A stretch of 64,000 bases of DNA. Source: Octopus vulgaris (taxonomy: Eukaryota). The notes below the pieces were generated by a model. It was given only the letters and a program-made list of their open reading frames with translations. It had not been told where the DNA came from and ran no database searches. The translations under genes and the position numbers were made by a program. Location: NCBI GenBank assembly GCA_951406725.2, contig OX597824.1, positions 57,536,001 to 57,600,000 of the forward strand, read 5' to 3'. The stretch's first letter is position 1. Each line of letters opens with the position of its first letter. This document shows positions 11,934 through 26,506 of the stretch, piece by piece.

Positions 11934-13838
11934 CGCAAGAGTGGCTGTGTTGTAAGTAGCTTGCTTACCCGCGCATGCGTGTTGATGTCTTGCTTCAACA
12001 CTTGAACAAAGAGAACATGAGCTAGTGCGCTCCGTCCTAAAACTGAAAATTAAGAATCCGTAGAGGTAGGTGACTTTGTTTGTTTTGAGCTGGGCGTGAT
12101 TTATTGTTTTGGAATTTTTTTCAGTAAATTTCGTCCAGCTCTGGGACAATTTCGCCTGCTCTCGGCGGCTATTCCGATTTATGCTTGTTGAAAAAATGTT
12201 GGGGGCGTATCCCCGCCCCAAAATTGTAGTTTGTTCCAGTCATTGAAAATTTTTGTGGCCCATTGTGGCGAAGATTCGTCTTCTGTGGGTTTAAGATTCC
12301 TGCTCGGAGTACCAGCCAAAGAAGAGAGCCAGGAGTACCTGTGGCCGGAATTGTGTGGTTGCCATTTGGAACCATATTTTTATTTCTTCCGTATTTTTCC
12401 TTCTATTTTTTGAACCGTCCTTTTTGTTTTCTTTGTCTTATTTTTTGCCGTCTATCTTTTCGTTCGGACTTTTTTTTCTCTAGTGTACTTCTATTTTTGT
12501 GGACATTTGAACTTTCTTCCTCATGGCGATAAAGAATTGTACCGCTGCTTTGGAGTGGGAGATTGTCCCACCCAACAATGGTTAAAAGATATGGAGGAGA
12601 GGACAGTGGTGGTTAGAACGTATTCTAAAGTTCTTGATACCATCACCGTCTTCCCAAAACCAGTTATAGAAAATGGACTGAAAGACTATTTGTCCTCTGT
12701 GAAATACATACCCGCGGTGTCAAGCATGCAACCGTTTGGTTGCTGTTTGACACCCTGGAGAAGGCTCGCAATTTTGCGAGTCAGCCCTGGGAGGGCAACG
12801 AAATTCTGTTCCTCTCGTCGTACTGCGGGAGGAAATTAACAAGAGCCTGGGTATGTGGGTTACCCCCGGGCACCAAGGCAGGTTGGATTGAAGATACCAT
12901 CCGACGGGGACTGAGGGATAGCGGGCCCAGGCTCTTAAATGTAAGGGTACTGTCGGCGGTCGATTGGGAAGGGTTAAAAGCAATTTTGACCCTGTGGACC
13001 CCATCGGCCGCAACAGATATGGTTTTTCCAGATTTTTTTTAAATGGCTGGCTGCAGGTATCCTACTGTCTCTTTATTTTTGGGAATGACTTACATGTCCT
13101 ACATGAGTTGGGCATGGGAAATGGCGGGATACAGGAACTCAAGCGGCATTGAAGATAATGATGGATATATTGATGGATATATCGATGAGTAGGAGGTGAA
13201 AAAGCCTCGTTAGAAGGTTTGAAACCTCATCTTATTGTGTTATTTGTAGTGGTTTATAACCTCAATTGTTTGTTTAAAAAAATAAAAACATGTTAAGTAA
13301 GAGGTTTTAGTGCCTCCTTCTTGTAAGATGTTTGAAACCTCATATTGATTTTTAAAAAAAGAAAATATGTTTTCGAGAAAAATCCAATCGGTGGGTGTTG
13401 GGTTTCGTCTCTCATTTATTCATTTTATTTCATTTTCATTCATTAATGTGTTTGTCCAGCCTGCAAAGCTACCCAATCTTTGCTCTATCTTCAGGAAAAA
13501 TTTAATGAAATAAAGTAGCTTGTTTATCAACAACATATTGTTCCGGGTTCAGTTCCACTGCATAGCACTTTTGGAAAGTGACTTCTACTATAGTCACGGG
13601 CTGACCAAAGCCCTTGTATATATGTATATGTCTATGTTTGTGTCTCTGTGTTTGTCCTCCCAACATTACTTGAAAACCGATTTTAGTGTGTTTACGTCCC
13701 CGTAACATAGCGGTTCGGCAAAGAGACCGATAGAATACGTAATAGGCTTACAAAGAATAAGTCCTGGGGTCGATTTGTTCGACTAAGGGCGGTGTTCTAG
13801 CATGGCCACAGTCAAATGACTGAAGCAAATAAAAGAAT
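11932..13838 (+). mobile_element. SINE family A interrupted by a 1.5-kb insertion
   Basis: Head 11932-11969 resumes at 13513 and runs to the normal tail. Confidence 0.8.
11970..13512 (+). mobile_element. internally deleted non-LTR retrotransposon, probably Tx1/L1-like (5' UTR, ORF1 remnant, 3' UTR)
   Basis: Frameshifted ORF 12523-13042 (MAIKNC..EERTVVVRTY..VWLLFDTLEKARNFASQP..SYCGRKLTRAWVCGLPP); A-rich end gaaataaa; ~16-bp flanking direct repeat. Clade assignment is inference. Confidence 0.55.
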
Positions 13839-13941
13839 ACATGCATGTATAAAAATATATATATACATACATTAATAAAATTTCTCGTATCTCCCATCTT
13901 CTGTCTCTCATTTACCAAATACCCCCACACACACATACAGT

Positions 13942-13982
<41 letters not shown>

Positions 13983-14528
13983 GAGAGTTTATATATAAAT
14001 ATATATATATATATATGTGTGTGTGTATACATATAAACGTCTACATATACATACTCACGCATACAAATTTGTGTGCATGTATATATATATGACAGTATGG
14101 CTAAATATATCTACGCATTGTGAAAGCACTCTTCAGTGTTCTAATACTGTACATATGCCAAGATTTCAACAAACCAATTAAAATGATGATAAACACCGTA
14201 AATGGGAGATAACAATAAACAATAAACAACAACAACAACTAGCAACTCTATATTTGTCCGTCTGTTTGTCTGTCTGTGAGTCTAAACTGAATAGTTTGTC
14301 CCTCATCTTTACGTCTCTCCATTCCATCCCATCCACTGATACGTGATGTCCCAATGCCTTAAAATGTTGGTTTCGTGTCTTTAGATTCTTACAAATATCA
14401 CCAACGATGCTAGATTTAGTTTCAGCAGATTCTTATAAATATACCTACATACATAGCAAGATACACGCATTTATATGAATATATATAGACACATACATAT
14501 ACATATACATAAACAAATATATATATAC

Positions 14529-14576
<48 letters not shown>

Positions 14577-14585
14577 TCATTTTGT

Positions 14586-14629
<44 letters not shown>

Positions 14630-14731
14630 TAGTGAATCCAACAAAAAAAGACAAACAAGAAAAAACAATAACGTGTGGACGTGGTACATATACTGTTTTA
14701 GCAGCAGCTCAGGAAACAGAGAGGGAGAGAG

Positions 14732-14807
<76 letters not shown>

Positions 14808-14809
<2 letters not shown>

Positions 14810-15118
14810 TGAGGTAGCTGAGTGGAAAGAAGCTTTCCCAACCACATGGTTCCGGGTTGAGTTCTACTGATTGTATGGCACCTTGGGCAAGTGTCCTCTA
14901 TAGCCTCGGGCCGACCAAGGCCTTGTGAGTGATGTATTTCTGTATTTCTATATTTGTATTTGAGCCAGTTTTTCATTTACCACTGCTTGACAACCGGTGT
15001 TTACATCCCCGTAGAGTAACAGGCTTAACAGAAAAAAAAAAAGATAAATAAATGCTGGAGTCGATTCATTTGACTCAAAATTCTTCAAGGCGGTGCCCCA
15101 TCATGGCTACAGTCTAAT
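14808..15118 (+). mobile_element. SINE family A (diverged)
   Basis: aaccacatggttccgggtt..ccttgggcaagtgtc..ggcggtgccccatcatggc. Confidence 0.75.
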
Positions 15119-15121
15119 ACG

Positions 15122-15155
<34 letters not shown>

Positions 15156-15199
15156 CATACATATATATATATGAAAGATATATATATATATATAATTTT

Positions 15200-15382
15200 A
15201 TTCTTTAACTTGTTTCAGTCACTTGAAAGCATCCATGCTGGAGCATGGCCTTTAGTCGAGCAAATCGACCTCAGGACTTATTCTTTGCAAGCCTAGTACT
15301 TATTCTATCGGTCGCTTTGCCGAGCTGCTAAGTTACGGGGACGTAAACACGCCAGCATCGGTTGTCAAGCGATGTTGCGGGG

Positions 15383-15467
<85 letters not shown>

Positions 15468-15490
15468 CTAAGGGCTTCTTTCAGTTTCCG
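15200..15490 (-). mobile_element. SINE family A, 3' half
   Basis: Reverse complement of family A body and tail with (CA)n. Confidence 0.8.
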
Positions 15491-15949
15491 ACGATTGCAC
15501 CACTACAAACAATATCACCTCAAATACCACCCACCACAACTATTACACTATAACCACCCCTATCAACGCCACCACCAGCACAAACTGCACCATGCCCAGT
15601 CCTAGCACCACCATCTTAATCTTAGGCTGTATTACAGTCCCAATAAATGATATGTCGCAAAAGCAATTTGGACTTAAAGGCAAAGCTAAAGCATACAAAG
15701 CAGAGCGAAACAATCCGCACGCCTCTCTCTTTTTCACTCTTGTCCCCCGCTACCTCTCTTTCACACACACACACACACACACACATAACTTATCTGTCTC
15801 TCTCTCTCTACCCTTCTCCCACTCTACCTTTGTTTCCATATCTTACTGGTAATTATACACAAGAGTGGGAGGGAAGGGATATACCTAGAGAAGCACAGTC
15901 ACTTAACATATACCCGTACATACAAACAGCTTACACACACACACACACA

Positions 15950-15998
<49 letters not shown>

Positions 15999-16254
15999 AC
16001 ACATGTATGTGTATGTGAGAGTGAAGAGAAAAGGAGAGGGAGATTGAGCGAGTGAGAGAGGCAAAGTAATGTGAAAGAGAAAGAGAGGGTGTGGTTGTGA
16101 GAAAAAGGACAAGGAACTCGCCTATTGTCATGGATCCATACCCGGTTACAGGTCAGTGGAAACATATATACATACATACTAACACACATACATACGTACA
16201 TACGTACATACATACATAAAAAAATACCTACCCACATGCGGGTGCGCGCGCGTG

Positions 16255-16295
<41 letters not shown>

Positions 16296-16733
16296 GTATT
16301 CAAATTATATATATATATAGACATATATATATATAAGCGTATAAAATATATTTATAAATTTATACATACAGTGATATATTTAGAGAAAATAAGTTACTAA
16401 AAAAAAAGTTTTATATATATATATATTTATATATGTATGTATGTATCTATATCTATGATATGTATGTATATATGTATACATATATTTATAATTGGAGTCA
16501 ACAAGGAGTACGACTGGACGTTTATTTATTTAATCACAAGAATTGTTTCCATGCAACGTAGTCTTCATTGATCTATTCACACTCGTCAGATGCCCAAACG
16601 CAAACCTGGAAGTACGTATAATAATACTACTGGATTGCGCAGGGAAAATCTGAAGGTAGACGAATTTATACTGTACGCTACCGCGTTCTTAGCAACTCAA
16701 TAATATACCATAATACATATTTATGTGTGTATG

Positions 16734-16777
<44 letters not shown>

Positions 16778-16904
16778 GTACACCTATTTATATCTACATA
16801 TATGTATATATAAATACATGCATGCACATGTACATACATACATATATATATATACATATATGTATGTGCGTGTGTAGGTACATATGTAAATATCCATACG
16901 TATC

Positions 16905-17250
16905 TTTTATCTTGCATATGTTTCAGTCACTGGACAACGAGCTTGCTAAAGTAAAGGCTCAAAGAGTATAGTCAAAAGAGATCGATTCCAGTACTTCTTT
17001 ATGTTTGGTAGTTATTCTATCGATTTCTATTATCGAACCACTACATCGAGGGGATATGAATAGCTAAAAATGGTGGTGCTGGTGGGAAGGGGTGTCAAAC
17101 ACATAGGTACAAACATGCACAACTACATATGCAGAAGTACATACACAAATACACACACACACACACACGCACGACAGTTTTCCATGACGCTTGTATCCAT
17201 GAAGAATTGCTCACAAGGTACTGGTCAGCCCAGGGCTATAGTCGAAACGC
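16905..17250 (-). mobile_element. SINE family A (old)
   Basis: Degenerate reverse match. Confidence 0.55.
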
Positions 17251-17331
17251 TTAACTAACGTACCGAAAATACATTGTTACATAACGAGATTCTAATCCAC
17301 AAAAGCGTGTGTGTATGTGTGCGTTTGCATG

Positions 17332-17390
<59 letters not shown>

Positions 17391-17476
17391 ACACATATAT
17401 GCATACATATATATGTATACATATTATATATGTATACATAATACATATGTATATATATATATATACATATATATAT

Positions 17477-17528
<52 letters not shown>

Positions 17529-17547
17529 GTATATATATACATATATA

Positions 17548-17730
17548 GGTGCAGGAGTGACTGTGCGGTAAGTAGCTTTCTTACCAAGCAACCTCATGGT
17601 TCCGGGTTCAGTCCCACTGCGTGGCACATTGGGCAAGCGTCTTCTGCTAAACCCCCGGGCCGACCAACGCCTTGTGAGGGGATTTGGTAGACGGAAATTG
17701 AAAGAAGCCTGTCGTGTATATATATATATG

Positions 17731-17789
<59 letters not shown>

Positions 17790-17860
17790 ATGTTTGTGCG
17801 TCTGTATTTGTTTCCCCACGACCAAGATCGCTCGACAACCCATGCTGGTGTATTTACACA
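17548..17860 (+). mobile_element. SINE family A (intact head, 3' truncated)
   Basis: ggtgcaggagtgactgtgcggtaag..ccgggttcagtcccactgcgtgg. Confidence 0.85.
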
Positions 17861-17995
17861 AGCATACATACATTTATACGTAAGTTTAGATACGAATTGA
17901 TGTGCATGAACGTGTATATGCATTTAAGTATACATGCATGGATGTGTGTATGTGTGTGTCAGGGGTGTGTGGGTAAATATTCACTCATGTATATG

Positions 17996-18071
<76 letters not shown>

Positions 18072-18344
18072 TACGCGCGCGCACACACGCGCGCGCACAC
18101 ACGCACACAGACACACAGACACACATACATACGTACATATATGGATATATATACAAATGTATCTTCTCATTTCTGTTTTCTTTCAGTTAATGGACACTGT
18201 ATTCGAACAAAACGGGCCCACTACATATATTTTAAGCCTGATACCGTACGAACGTGAAAAGAAACCGAAACCGGTTGTCATGCTGTAAGGGAGTGGGACC
18301 AAAACAAACACAAATACACACTCACACACACACATATAGACGTG

Positions 18345-18690
18345 TGTTCCAAGCCACATGGTCCCGGGTTCAGTCCCACTACGTGGCACTCTGGGTAAAT
18401 CCTTGTAAGTGGATTTGATAGGCGGAAACCGAAAGAAGACTGTCATATATATATGTGTGTGTGTGTGTTTATTTACGTATGTTTGTTTCTGTTAGTTCCC
18501 TCTTCACCGTCTGACAACCGGTGTTGGTGTGTCTACGTCCCTGTACTTTAGCGGTTCGGCAACAGTCGGCGATAGAATAAGTACTAGGCCTAAAATATAA
18601 GTCGCGGCGTCGATTTGTTCGACTATAACTTTTCAAGGCAGTGCTCCAGCATGGCCGCTGTCAAATGACTGAAACAAAAAAAAATAGAAA
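18345..18690 (+). mobile_element. SINE family A
   Basis: B box through tail gactgaaacaaaa. Confidence 0.85.
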
Positions 18691-19216
18691 AAAGTGTAAA
18701 AGAAAGATATTTTTGATATGGATTTTAAATTAGTTTTAAGGGTAAATGAATTTATAACCGGAATCTGATTTATATGTGTCATATTTGGGGATTCATTCTA
18801 TTAATATATAAAATTATAAAAATAAGTTTTTATTTTTATATATTTTATACCAGCTAGATATGAAGGATAAAAATATACAAATGTAAATATATATTTATAT
18901 GAATATATATATATATATATATATACATATATCATATATTTATGTATCTATGTATATATATATATAGACGTACAAAAGTACACACACAGGCACACAAACA
19001 CACCCTCACACACTCACAAACACTCACAATCACATATACATATATATGTGTATATATATATTATATATATTTCGTTTTTGAAACGCAGCTCAGAGTCAAC
19101 GTGTATTGAAAATTCTGCAAGACGTAACGAAAATTTTAGAAAATTAAATGAGTGGAAACTGAACCTGTGAGTGTGTTAAATAATAAGGCACTAAAAGAGA
19201 ATGACTCTCCCCAGAC

Positions 19217-19319
<103 letters not shown>

Positions 19320-19691
19320 ATAATATAATCGTATAGATATATGTACATATATATTTATTTTCCATACTCAGGTACATGTTTATGCATGTCTAAAAGTGAC
19401 ATTCTGAATTTACGCACTCGCGACGTCCGAAACAATATATATATACACACACGTACACGAATCAAGTAAACTTGTAAACATATTAATCAAGGAAGCGTAC
19501 AGGAGTCCTGTCTCGGCCTATAGTATATTAAACGTAGCATTTTCTTTGATGATGCAACATGTACACAAGATTTAGATAATGCAAATATATAAGATTCTAC
19601 ATATATAATGTCTGCATGAGGGTACCCGACGGGGGTTTACGACTGTACTTCAGTGTGTACTTATATGTATTATTAGATATACACGAATTTA

Positions 19692-19739
<48 letters not shown>

Positions 19740-20085
19740 TGCACCTACATATGCATACACACACACATATATAGGTGTGTGTATACATATTATTTATATA
19801 TATATATATATACATGTATATTATATATATATATATATATATATTTATTTATATATATGGTATATATGCATAAGCATAGATAAATATTTGTACATTTGTA
19901 TATATGTGTATATATATATATATACATACATACATATACATACATATTCATATATAGAAATGCAAATATATATACATATATATGTATATATCTATGGGTG
20001 TGTATTTTGCGCCTGTGTTTGTCTCCCACCACAATTTGACAACTGGTTTTGGATGAAAGATAAAGGATGTATGTCAATCATATAG

Positions 20086-20174
<89 letters not shown>

Positions 20175-20295
20175 TATATACATATATATATACATATATA
20201 TATATATGTGTGTGTGTGTATGTCTTTTGATGTCTATTTTTCAGTGTGTGGTGAGGCACATAGACAAGTCCTTGTAATTATGTATATAAATAAAA

Positions 20296-20470
<175 letters not shown>

Positions 20471-20477
20471 AGACGCA

Positions 20478-20735
20478 TGTATTACTGAGTGGTTGAGACT
20501 GAAGCTTACTGTTCCAGCGGTATCTGGAGCTCAGTCCCTCCTCAGGCAATTGTCTTCCACTATAGCCTCGCCTCGACCAAAGGTTTGTGAGTGGATTTAT
20601 TAGACGGAAACTACAAGAGACGGATGGAATGAGTTCGTGGCTTAACAGGGAGTCCTAGGCGGATTTCTGCGCCTAAAACCTTTAAGATTGTGCCCCAGCA
20701 CTGTCATAAGTCCAATGTTTGATACAAGTAAAAGA
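20478..20735 (+). mobile_element. SINE family A (old, internally deleted)
   Basis: Degenerate head and tail. Confidence 0.55.
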
Positions 20736-20762
20736 CTTAAGCTAAAAGGTATACATAAAATA

Positions 20763-21362
20763 TCTACTACATATGTGGGAAATTCTGCCTGTTGTTATGT
20801 TTGTGGAGTTGTTAGCTAACTCCTCCCTACATCGTTTTATCGATTTTGTTGAAACTTGACACGTGAGTAGAACTCATGTCTGGAAACCTCATGGCATACT
20901 CAGATTGTTGAAAAAAAAAAATCGATAATAGGGCCCCTGGAAGGGATCCTTATATATATCTAATATGTTTTATGTTAAAAACCAAGGGAAATAACCATTC
21001 GCCCCTGGAAGGGATCCTTATAAATAGCCAAGGGAAATAACCCACTCATTTTCCTTAATTATTTGGTAAAAATGAAATTGAATATGTTTCTTTCTAAGTA
21101 TTTGAACTGTTAGAGTTATTTTCGCAATTTATCCAGTAAATACTATTTTCCTAAAGAATAGATCCACTTATTTCGGTTAGTGACTTATTCACGAATATAC
21201 CAACACTAGTGCTCCTGAGGGTAATATTCTTAGGAACGCAAATCTGATTAGCTTGTTATTTCGTATCATACTTTGTATTGTTGTTATTGGATTAATGAAA
21301 CAATTGTGAGAACGGAACCAAGGGATGAGCCCCGCTTTTCCGGGAAGTAACGGATACATCAG

Positions 21363-21365
<3 letters not shown>
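20763..21365 (+). mobile_element. possible non-autonomous Helitron
   Basis: Begins TCTACTA, ends GC-rich ccggg..cgg followed by CTA(T); internal ~65-bp duplication at 20933-21042. Confidence 0.4.
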
Positions 21366-21397
<32 letters not shown>

Positions 21398-21719
21398 AGA
21401 TATAGGGTAAAAAATTATTAATTTATAATTAATAAATTTAACCAAGTAGTTTCGTTATGGAAAGGAACCATATTCGGTAAAAACTTATACAAGAAGTTTT
21501 ATATGTAATTATAACAATAATTAAGGGTTGAGTTACAGAGATGGTTGTCTGTGGAGTCATATTTTGTAGCGAAAAGAAATAATGGTCTTTTGGCTGCTAT
21601 TTCTAAATTTTTCGGTGTGTGGTTAAGCTACTCGTTGCTAAACCCTTAATTGTTGTTATATATATATATATATATAACAAAGTGGAGTTGTAGGGTACCG
21701 CACGAGTGGAATTATATAC

Positions 21720-22509
21720 GAAATAAGGTTTGAAAATGCAATTTTAAAAGATGTTTATTTACTTTACCGGTTTCACTCTTTGGAAAAAGTAACATGTAGA
21801 AGTTTGGTTGCGTTAATTATTGGTTGTTACAAATTGCTACATTACATATATACAGTCATTGGTAACAAAGACATGTTAAGGACATAAAAAAGTTTAACAA
21901 GTTCCTTAAAATATTGGGCACAAAAGATTACTACATAAATAATCATTGTCAAGAACATGCTTAAGATAGTTTCCAGAAGGAATTATTAAAAAGTTCTGTG
22001 GGACATTGTATCTGTATATCTAAACACGCACAGAATATTGATTGACACATAGTACTACAATACATATATATATATATACATTCTTTTGTGACAAGAGCAT
22101 GTTGAGAACATAAAAAATTTTAACAAGTTCATTGAATATTGGGCACAAAAGATTACAACAAATATATTATACATTCTCAAGATAATTTCCGGAAGGGATT
22201 ATTAAAAATTTCGGTAGAATATTGGTATACACGCACAGAATATTATGAGTTCAAAAAGGTTTACATTATAATAGTAGAGAAGCTAAAACTGACCTGTCCA
22301 CCATGTTAACGTAAAATAATAGTATCTATTTCAAGGGACACAGTAGGTGTGTTTGGGTGGGGGAAAGGAGGAGTAATGTGGAACTGAAAAGAATTTATCT
22401 TTTTTGTCTCTCCTTCAAGCATCAATGATTTTTGACAATCTTTTTCCAAAGAGTGAAACCGGTAAAGTAAATAAACATCTTTTAAAATTGCATTTTCAAA
22501 CCTTCTTTC

Positions 22510-22512
<3 letters not shown>
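21720..22512. mobile_element. PLE-type fold-back element (arms 21720-21789 / 22440-22512) with ~230-bp internal tandem duplication
   Basis: Inverted arms, (TA)n nearby on both sides, HHR motif in the right arm. Confidence 0.7.
22428..22468 (+). ncRNA. hammerhead motif with U3-A8 core
   Basis: ATTT TTGACAA tCTTTTtccAAAGAGt GAA ACCGGT A AAGT. Confidence 0.55.
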
Positions 22513-22555
<43 letters not shown>

Positions 22556-22694
22556 GTTAATGTCGGATTACTCATATATATGTATATATATTACATATGT
22601 ATACTTATTATATATATCATAAATTCATAAATGTATCATAAATGTATATAAACATTATATACATATATATATACAGGCATATATACACATTGGG

Positions 22695-22815
22695 TCCCTT
22701 TTGCAAGATCATGTACTTTTTATCTCCATATGAGATCACCATGTTACGCTTATATGGTTGCGATGTGTACCTTTATCAGAAAGTAGTCTGGGAATAACAA
22801 CGAATCTGAGTGTAA

Positions 22816-22818
<3 letters not shown>
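22695..22818 (+). mobile_element. 3' end of a (TAA)n-associated repeat, same family as 27675-28040
   Basis: tgcaagatcatg..atatgagatcac..atatggttg..gtagtc matches 27740-27822 reversed; followed by (AAT)n. Confidence 0.6.
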
Positions 22819-22887
<69 letters not shown>

Positions 22888-22915
22888 GTAATAATAATAA
22901 TAATAATAATGATAA

Positions 22916-23007
<92 letters not shown>

Positions 23008-23010
<3 letters not shown>

Positions 23011-23830
23011 CCCTTTCTACTATAGGCATATGGCCACAAATTCGTGGGGGAGAGAACTAGTCGATAACATTCTTTCCCAGTGTTCCTCGGTTTCTTAATT
23101 TATCGAGCCTGAAAGGATCAAAGGCAAAGTCGACCTCGGTGGAATTTGAACTGAGCGTAGCGACGGGTGAAATACTGCCAAGCATTTTGTCCAGCGTGCC
23201 AACTATTTTTTCTACTGTAGGCACAAGGCCTGAAATTTTAGGGGAGGGGGCCAATCGATTAGATCGATCCCCAGTACGCAACTGGTACTTAATTTACCGA
23301 CCCCGTAAAGATGACAGGCAAAGACGACTTCGGCGTTTCTGCCACCTCGCCGTTTCTGCCACCTCGCCGTTTCTGCCACCTCGCCGTTTCTGCCACCTCG
23401 CCGTTTCTGCCACCTCGCCGCCTTAAATAATTATTTCTACTCTATGCACAAGGCCATGAAAATTTTGGGGGAAGGGGGTTTGTCGATTATATCGGCCCCA
23501 GTGCGTAAGTGGTACTTATTTCATCGACCCCGAAATGATGAAAGGCAAAGTCGACCTCGGTGGAATTTGAACTCAGAACGTAAAGGTAGATAAAATACCA
23601 ATTTCTTTACTACCCACAAGGGGCTAAACACAGAGAGGACAAACATGGACAGACAAACGGATTAAGTCGATTATATCGAGCCCAGCACGTAACTGGTACT
23701 TATTTAATCGACCCCGAAACGATGAAAGGCAAAGTCGACCTCGGCGGAATTTGAACTCAGAACGTAGCGACAGACGAAATACCGCTTAGCATTTCGCCCT
23801 GCGTACTAACGTTTCTGCCAGCTCGCCGCC
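23008..23830 (-). mobile_element. head-to-tail stack of four family B SINEs between (TAA)n tracts
   Basis: Four repeats of aaggcaaagtcgacctcgg..ggaatttgaactcag (one deleted); two different 3' tails. Confidence 0.85.
23334..23418. repeat. 5 x 17-bp tandem CGTTTCTGCCACCTCGC
   Basis: Exact units, derived from the SINE B A-box region. Confidence 0.9.
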
Positions 23831-23836
23831 CGGATA

Positions 23837-23927
<91 letters not shown>

Positions 23928-23929
<2 letters not shown>

Positions 23930-24191
23930 GTTAATTATTGTTGGGTCCTTGAGAACAGTATCAGAAGGCATCAAAGGGAACATAAAGGAAATTCGAATAA
24001 AGTGCCCAGTAGAGCAGTTACAATAGACTTGCCTCCTTGGCACGGCCGGAGTAATCAGGAAAATATTAGATAGCTGGAAAGAACGGATAGCATGGTATCA
24101 TAGGCTGCAGGTAGTAAACCAGCTACGCATGCAAGACTCCGGGAGCTCCAACAAGACCTGTGATAAAGACAAATAATAAAGATAAAAATAA
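23928..24191 (+). mobile_element. Dong/R4 LINE 3' fragment
   Basis: IIVGSLRTVS..IKEIRIKCPVEQLQ*TCLLGTAGVIRKILD directly after (TAA)n. Confidence 0.7.
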
Positions 24192-26468
24192 GTTCTGTAA
24201 CGGATTACCAGGGCTCCAAGGTTATAGCCAAGACGGTAGTTATGGAGCCATTGTAGATTTCTGATATAGCGGATATATAATTATTAAAGAGGACACCAAA
24301 AACATGTCTGGTGCAATCCTATGTAAATCCATGTAGGTTAAAGTCCTAATAGTGTAAATCTCAAGAAATAGGCGCGAAAGCATTAACATTCAATAACAGA
24401 TGGGATGTTATTGAACATTCATAGGTTAGCGTCTATTTCTCGATATTTACACTATTAGGACGTTAACCTATATGGTTTTACACAGGATTGCACCTAAGGA
24501 CTTACGGAGTTATTTATACATGATCGGAACTTTGAACTGTGAACTTTTCTACTTTTTTTATTCTCTTTCTTCATCTCATTATTCCTTTACTCCTGTCCTC
24601 TATGTCGTCATTTCCTTATTCTATACCCTTCTCATTTTCCCTATTTGTCTCCAATGACGGAATATCCCATACTGTGGGATATCCCAGAAACAGCTGTAAG
24701 ACTTTGAATTTTTCCAATAATAATAATGTATATGACTCGAGATGTTTGCCTTGCCTTAATGTTTGTTGTCCTCTTTCATAATTATATATATGCACACAGT
24801 CGTATATTTCTGTGTCAGCAATAATTTCGGTTAGAACTTCGACTGTTGATATTGCTTTTTACAGTTATGGTGTCGTCAGCAGTGCAAGACGACTTCCTTT
24901 GGCCTCCTCTTGAATCAAAAAGCCATAAGATTAGCTGGGGTTATATACCTTGCTCTCGAGCAGTCTGTCCTTCACTACAACGATCAGTTGGGTTTATATA
25001 ACCACTCTGTCAAGTAAGGGATCTTATCTATATGTTTCAGTTGTGTCAGGATCAGACGTTTAGGCCTATCTTCGTTGTGTTTCGTGGCGGAATCTCTTCA
25101 GATGCTGCTGACTAAAACCTTCCAGCACAACACGACACCAACCATCAAATGTTATGCTTTGCGACGTGTCTACGATCTTCACTTTGTTTCTCACGAGAAA
25201 ATATAGGTTGGAGTAAGGGTGGTCAATTTCTCACAACTGGGCAGGGGAAGTTTTAGGTCGAGGAATCTCATCGCCATTCGATTTCACCTGATGCAAATGA
25301 CGAAGTTTCTCTCGCACTAGATATTCTATAGGAACTTTTTAAATAGCCCTTGTGAGTTTTTCCACACACTGGTTTTTACACAGCAACACATTAATACATT
25401 TTACGGAAGAAAAAAAGAAAGAAGAGAAAAGAAAGGAGGGAAAGAATATAAAAAGTAGAAATGAGGAGGAATAAGAAGGAAAACAATAACTTGGCCTTTG
25501 CAGCGAACGTGTAGATTATAGACTAACAATATGATATTGGCATTATTGTAGAAATTTGTTGACTGGGAAAAATAATGGCACTAAACGTAAAATATTTACA
25601 TTAAAATTGTGCAGTTAGATCACATTTGTGGCCTTTGTGGGATGATACATGCTCGGTTAAGAGATCAAATATAACAGTTATATATTTAACCAATGGCAAT
25701 CATTTTGGCCGACACAAACGTGTATAAAGAAAATCTGTGTCTAGGCAAAAATCACACACTCGCACACGCGCATACACACACACACAAACACACACCCGGA
25801 CAAAGGAAAATATATGTAGGAAGATAAACGTTAATTTCAATGTGCTTGTTCTTTAGATATCTAAATTATATATTCCATTAAATTTCGTGGTTGAAAATGT
25901 CAGACAAAATCTACAGTTTCAAACACACACACACACACACATGTATATGTATATATGTACATATATATAAATATGAGTCTGTGTATGTATGTATAGACAC
26001 ACATACATACAAACACGCACACAGACACACGTATGTCTTGTATTTGGTTACATGTCATTACATTTTGAGTTTATTTCCCTTCCAGGCTAATATTTGTTTT
26101 CATCCATCGATGGTCGATAAAAATAAGTACCAGTAAAATACTGCGGCTGTTACAGTCGAGTCTCTTTGTGTCCCAAATATCTTAATTCGGTTCTTATATT
26201 CGCTTTAGATATGAACTATCTCTTCCGCTAAATTTCATATTTAAATGTCAAAAGGCAACGTATTATACCTTATGTTTTCTCACGTCCTATTACGCTTTTA
26301 TTTCAAACTGCACCCAAGGCGATTTGCGTTTTGTCTTTTGACGTTCGCTAAAATAGATGCCAGTCAATTATTGGGACCTGTTACAATCTATTATTTTATT
26401 GTAGGGTGTGCCCCATCATGGCCACACTACAACCGATGAATACAGTCAACCAATGTGCGTTGTAGTCA

Positions 26469-26506
<38 letters not shown>

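Noticed and set aside
16530-16575. Minus-strand ATGAAGA..GAAACAATT motif
   Set aside because: 3-8 mismatch and broken stems; at best a decayed relic.
19543-19594. TTGATGA TGCA..TGCA AATATATA AGA motif
   Set aside because: G12 missing; possible decayed HHR, not callable.
23334-23418. CRISPR-like array
   Set aside because: No spacers; contiguous SINE-derived tandem in eukaryotic DNA.
24196-25380. Possible solo LTR (TGTAAC..TACA)
   Set aside because: No TSD, second copy or coding support.
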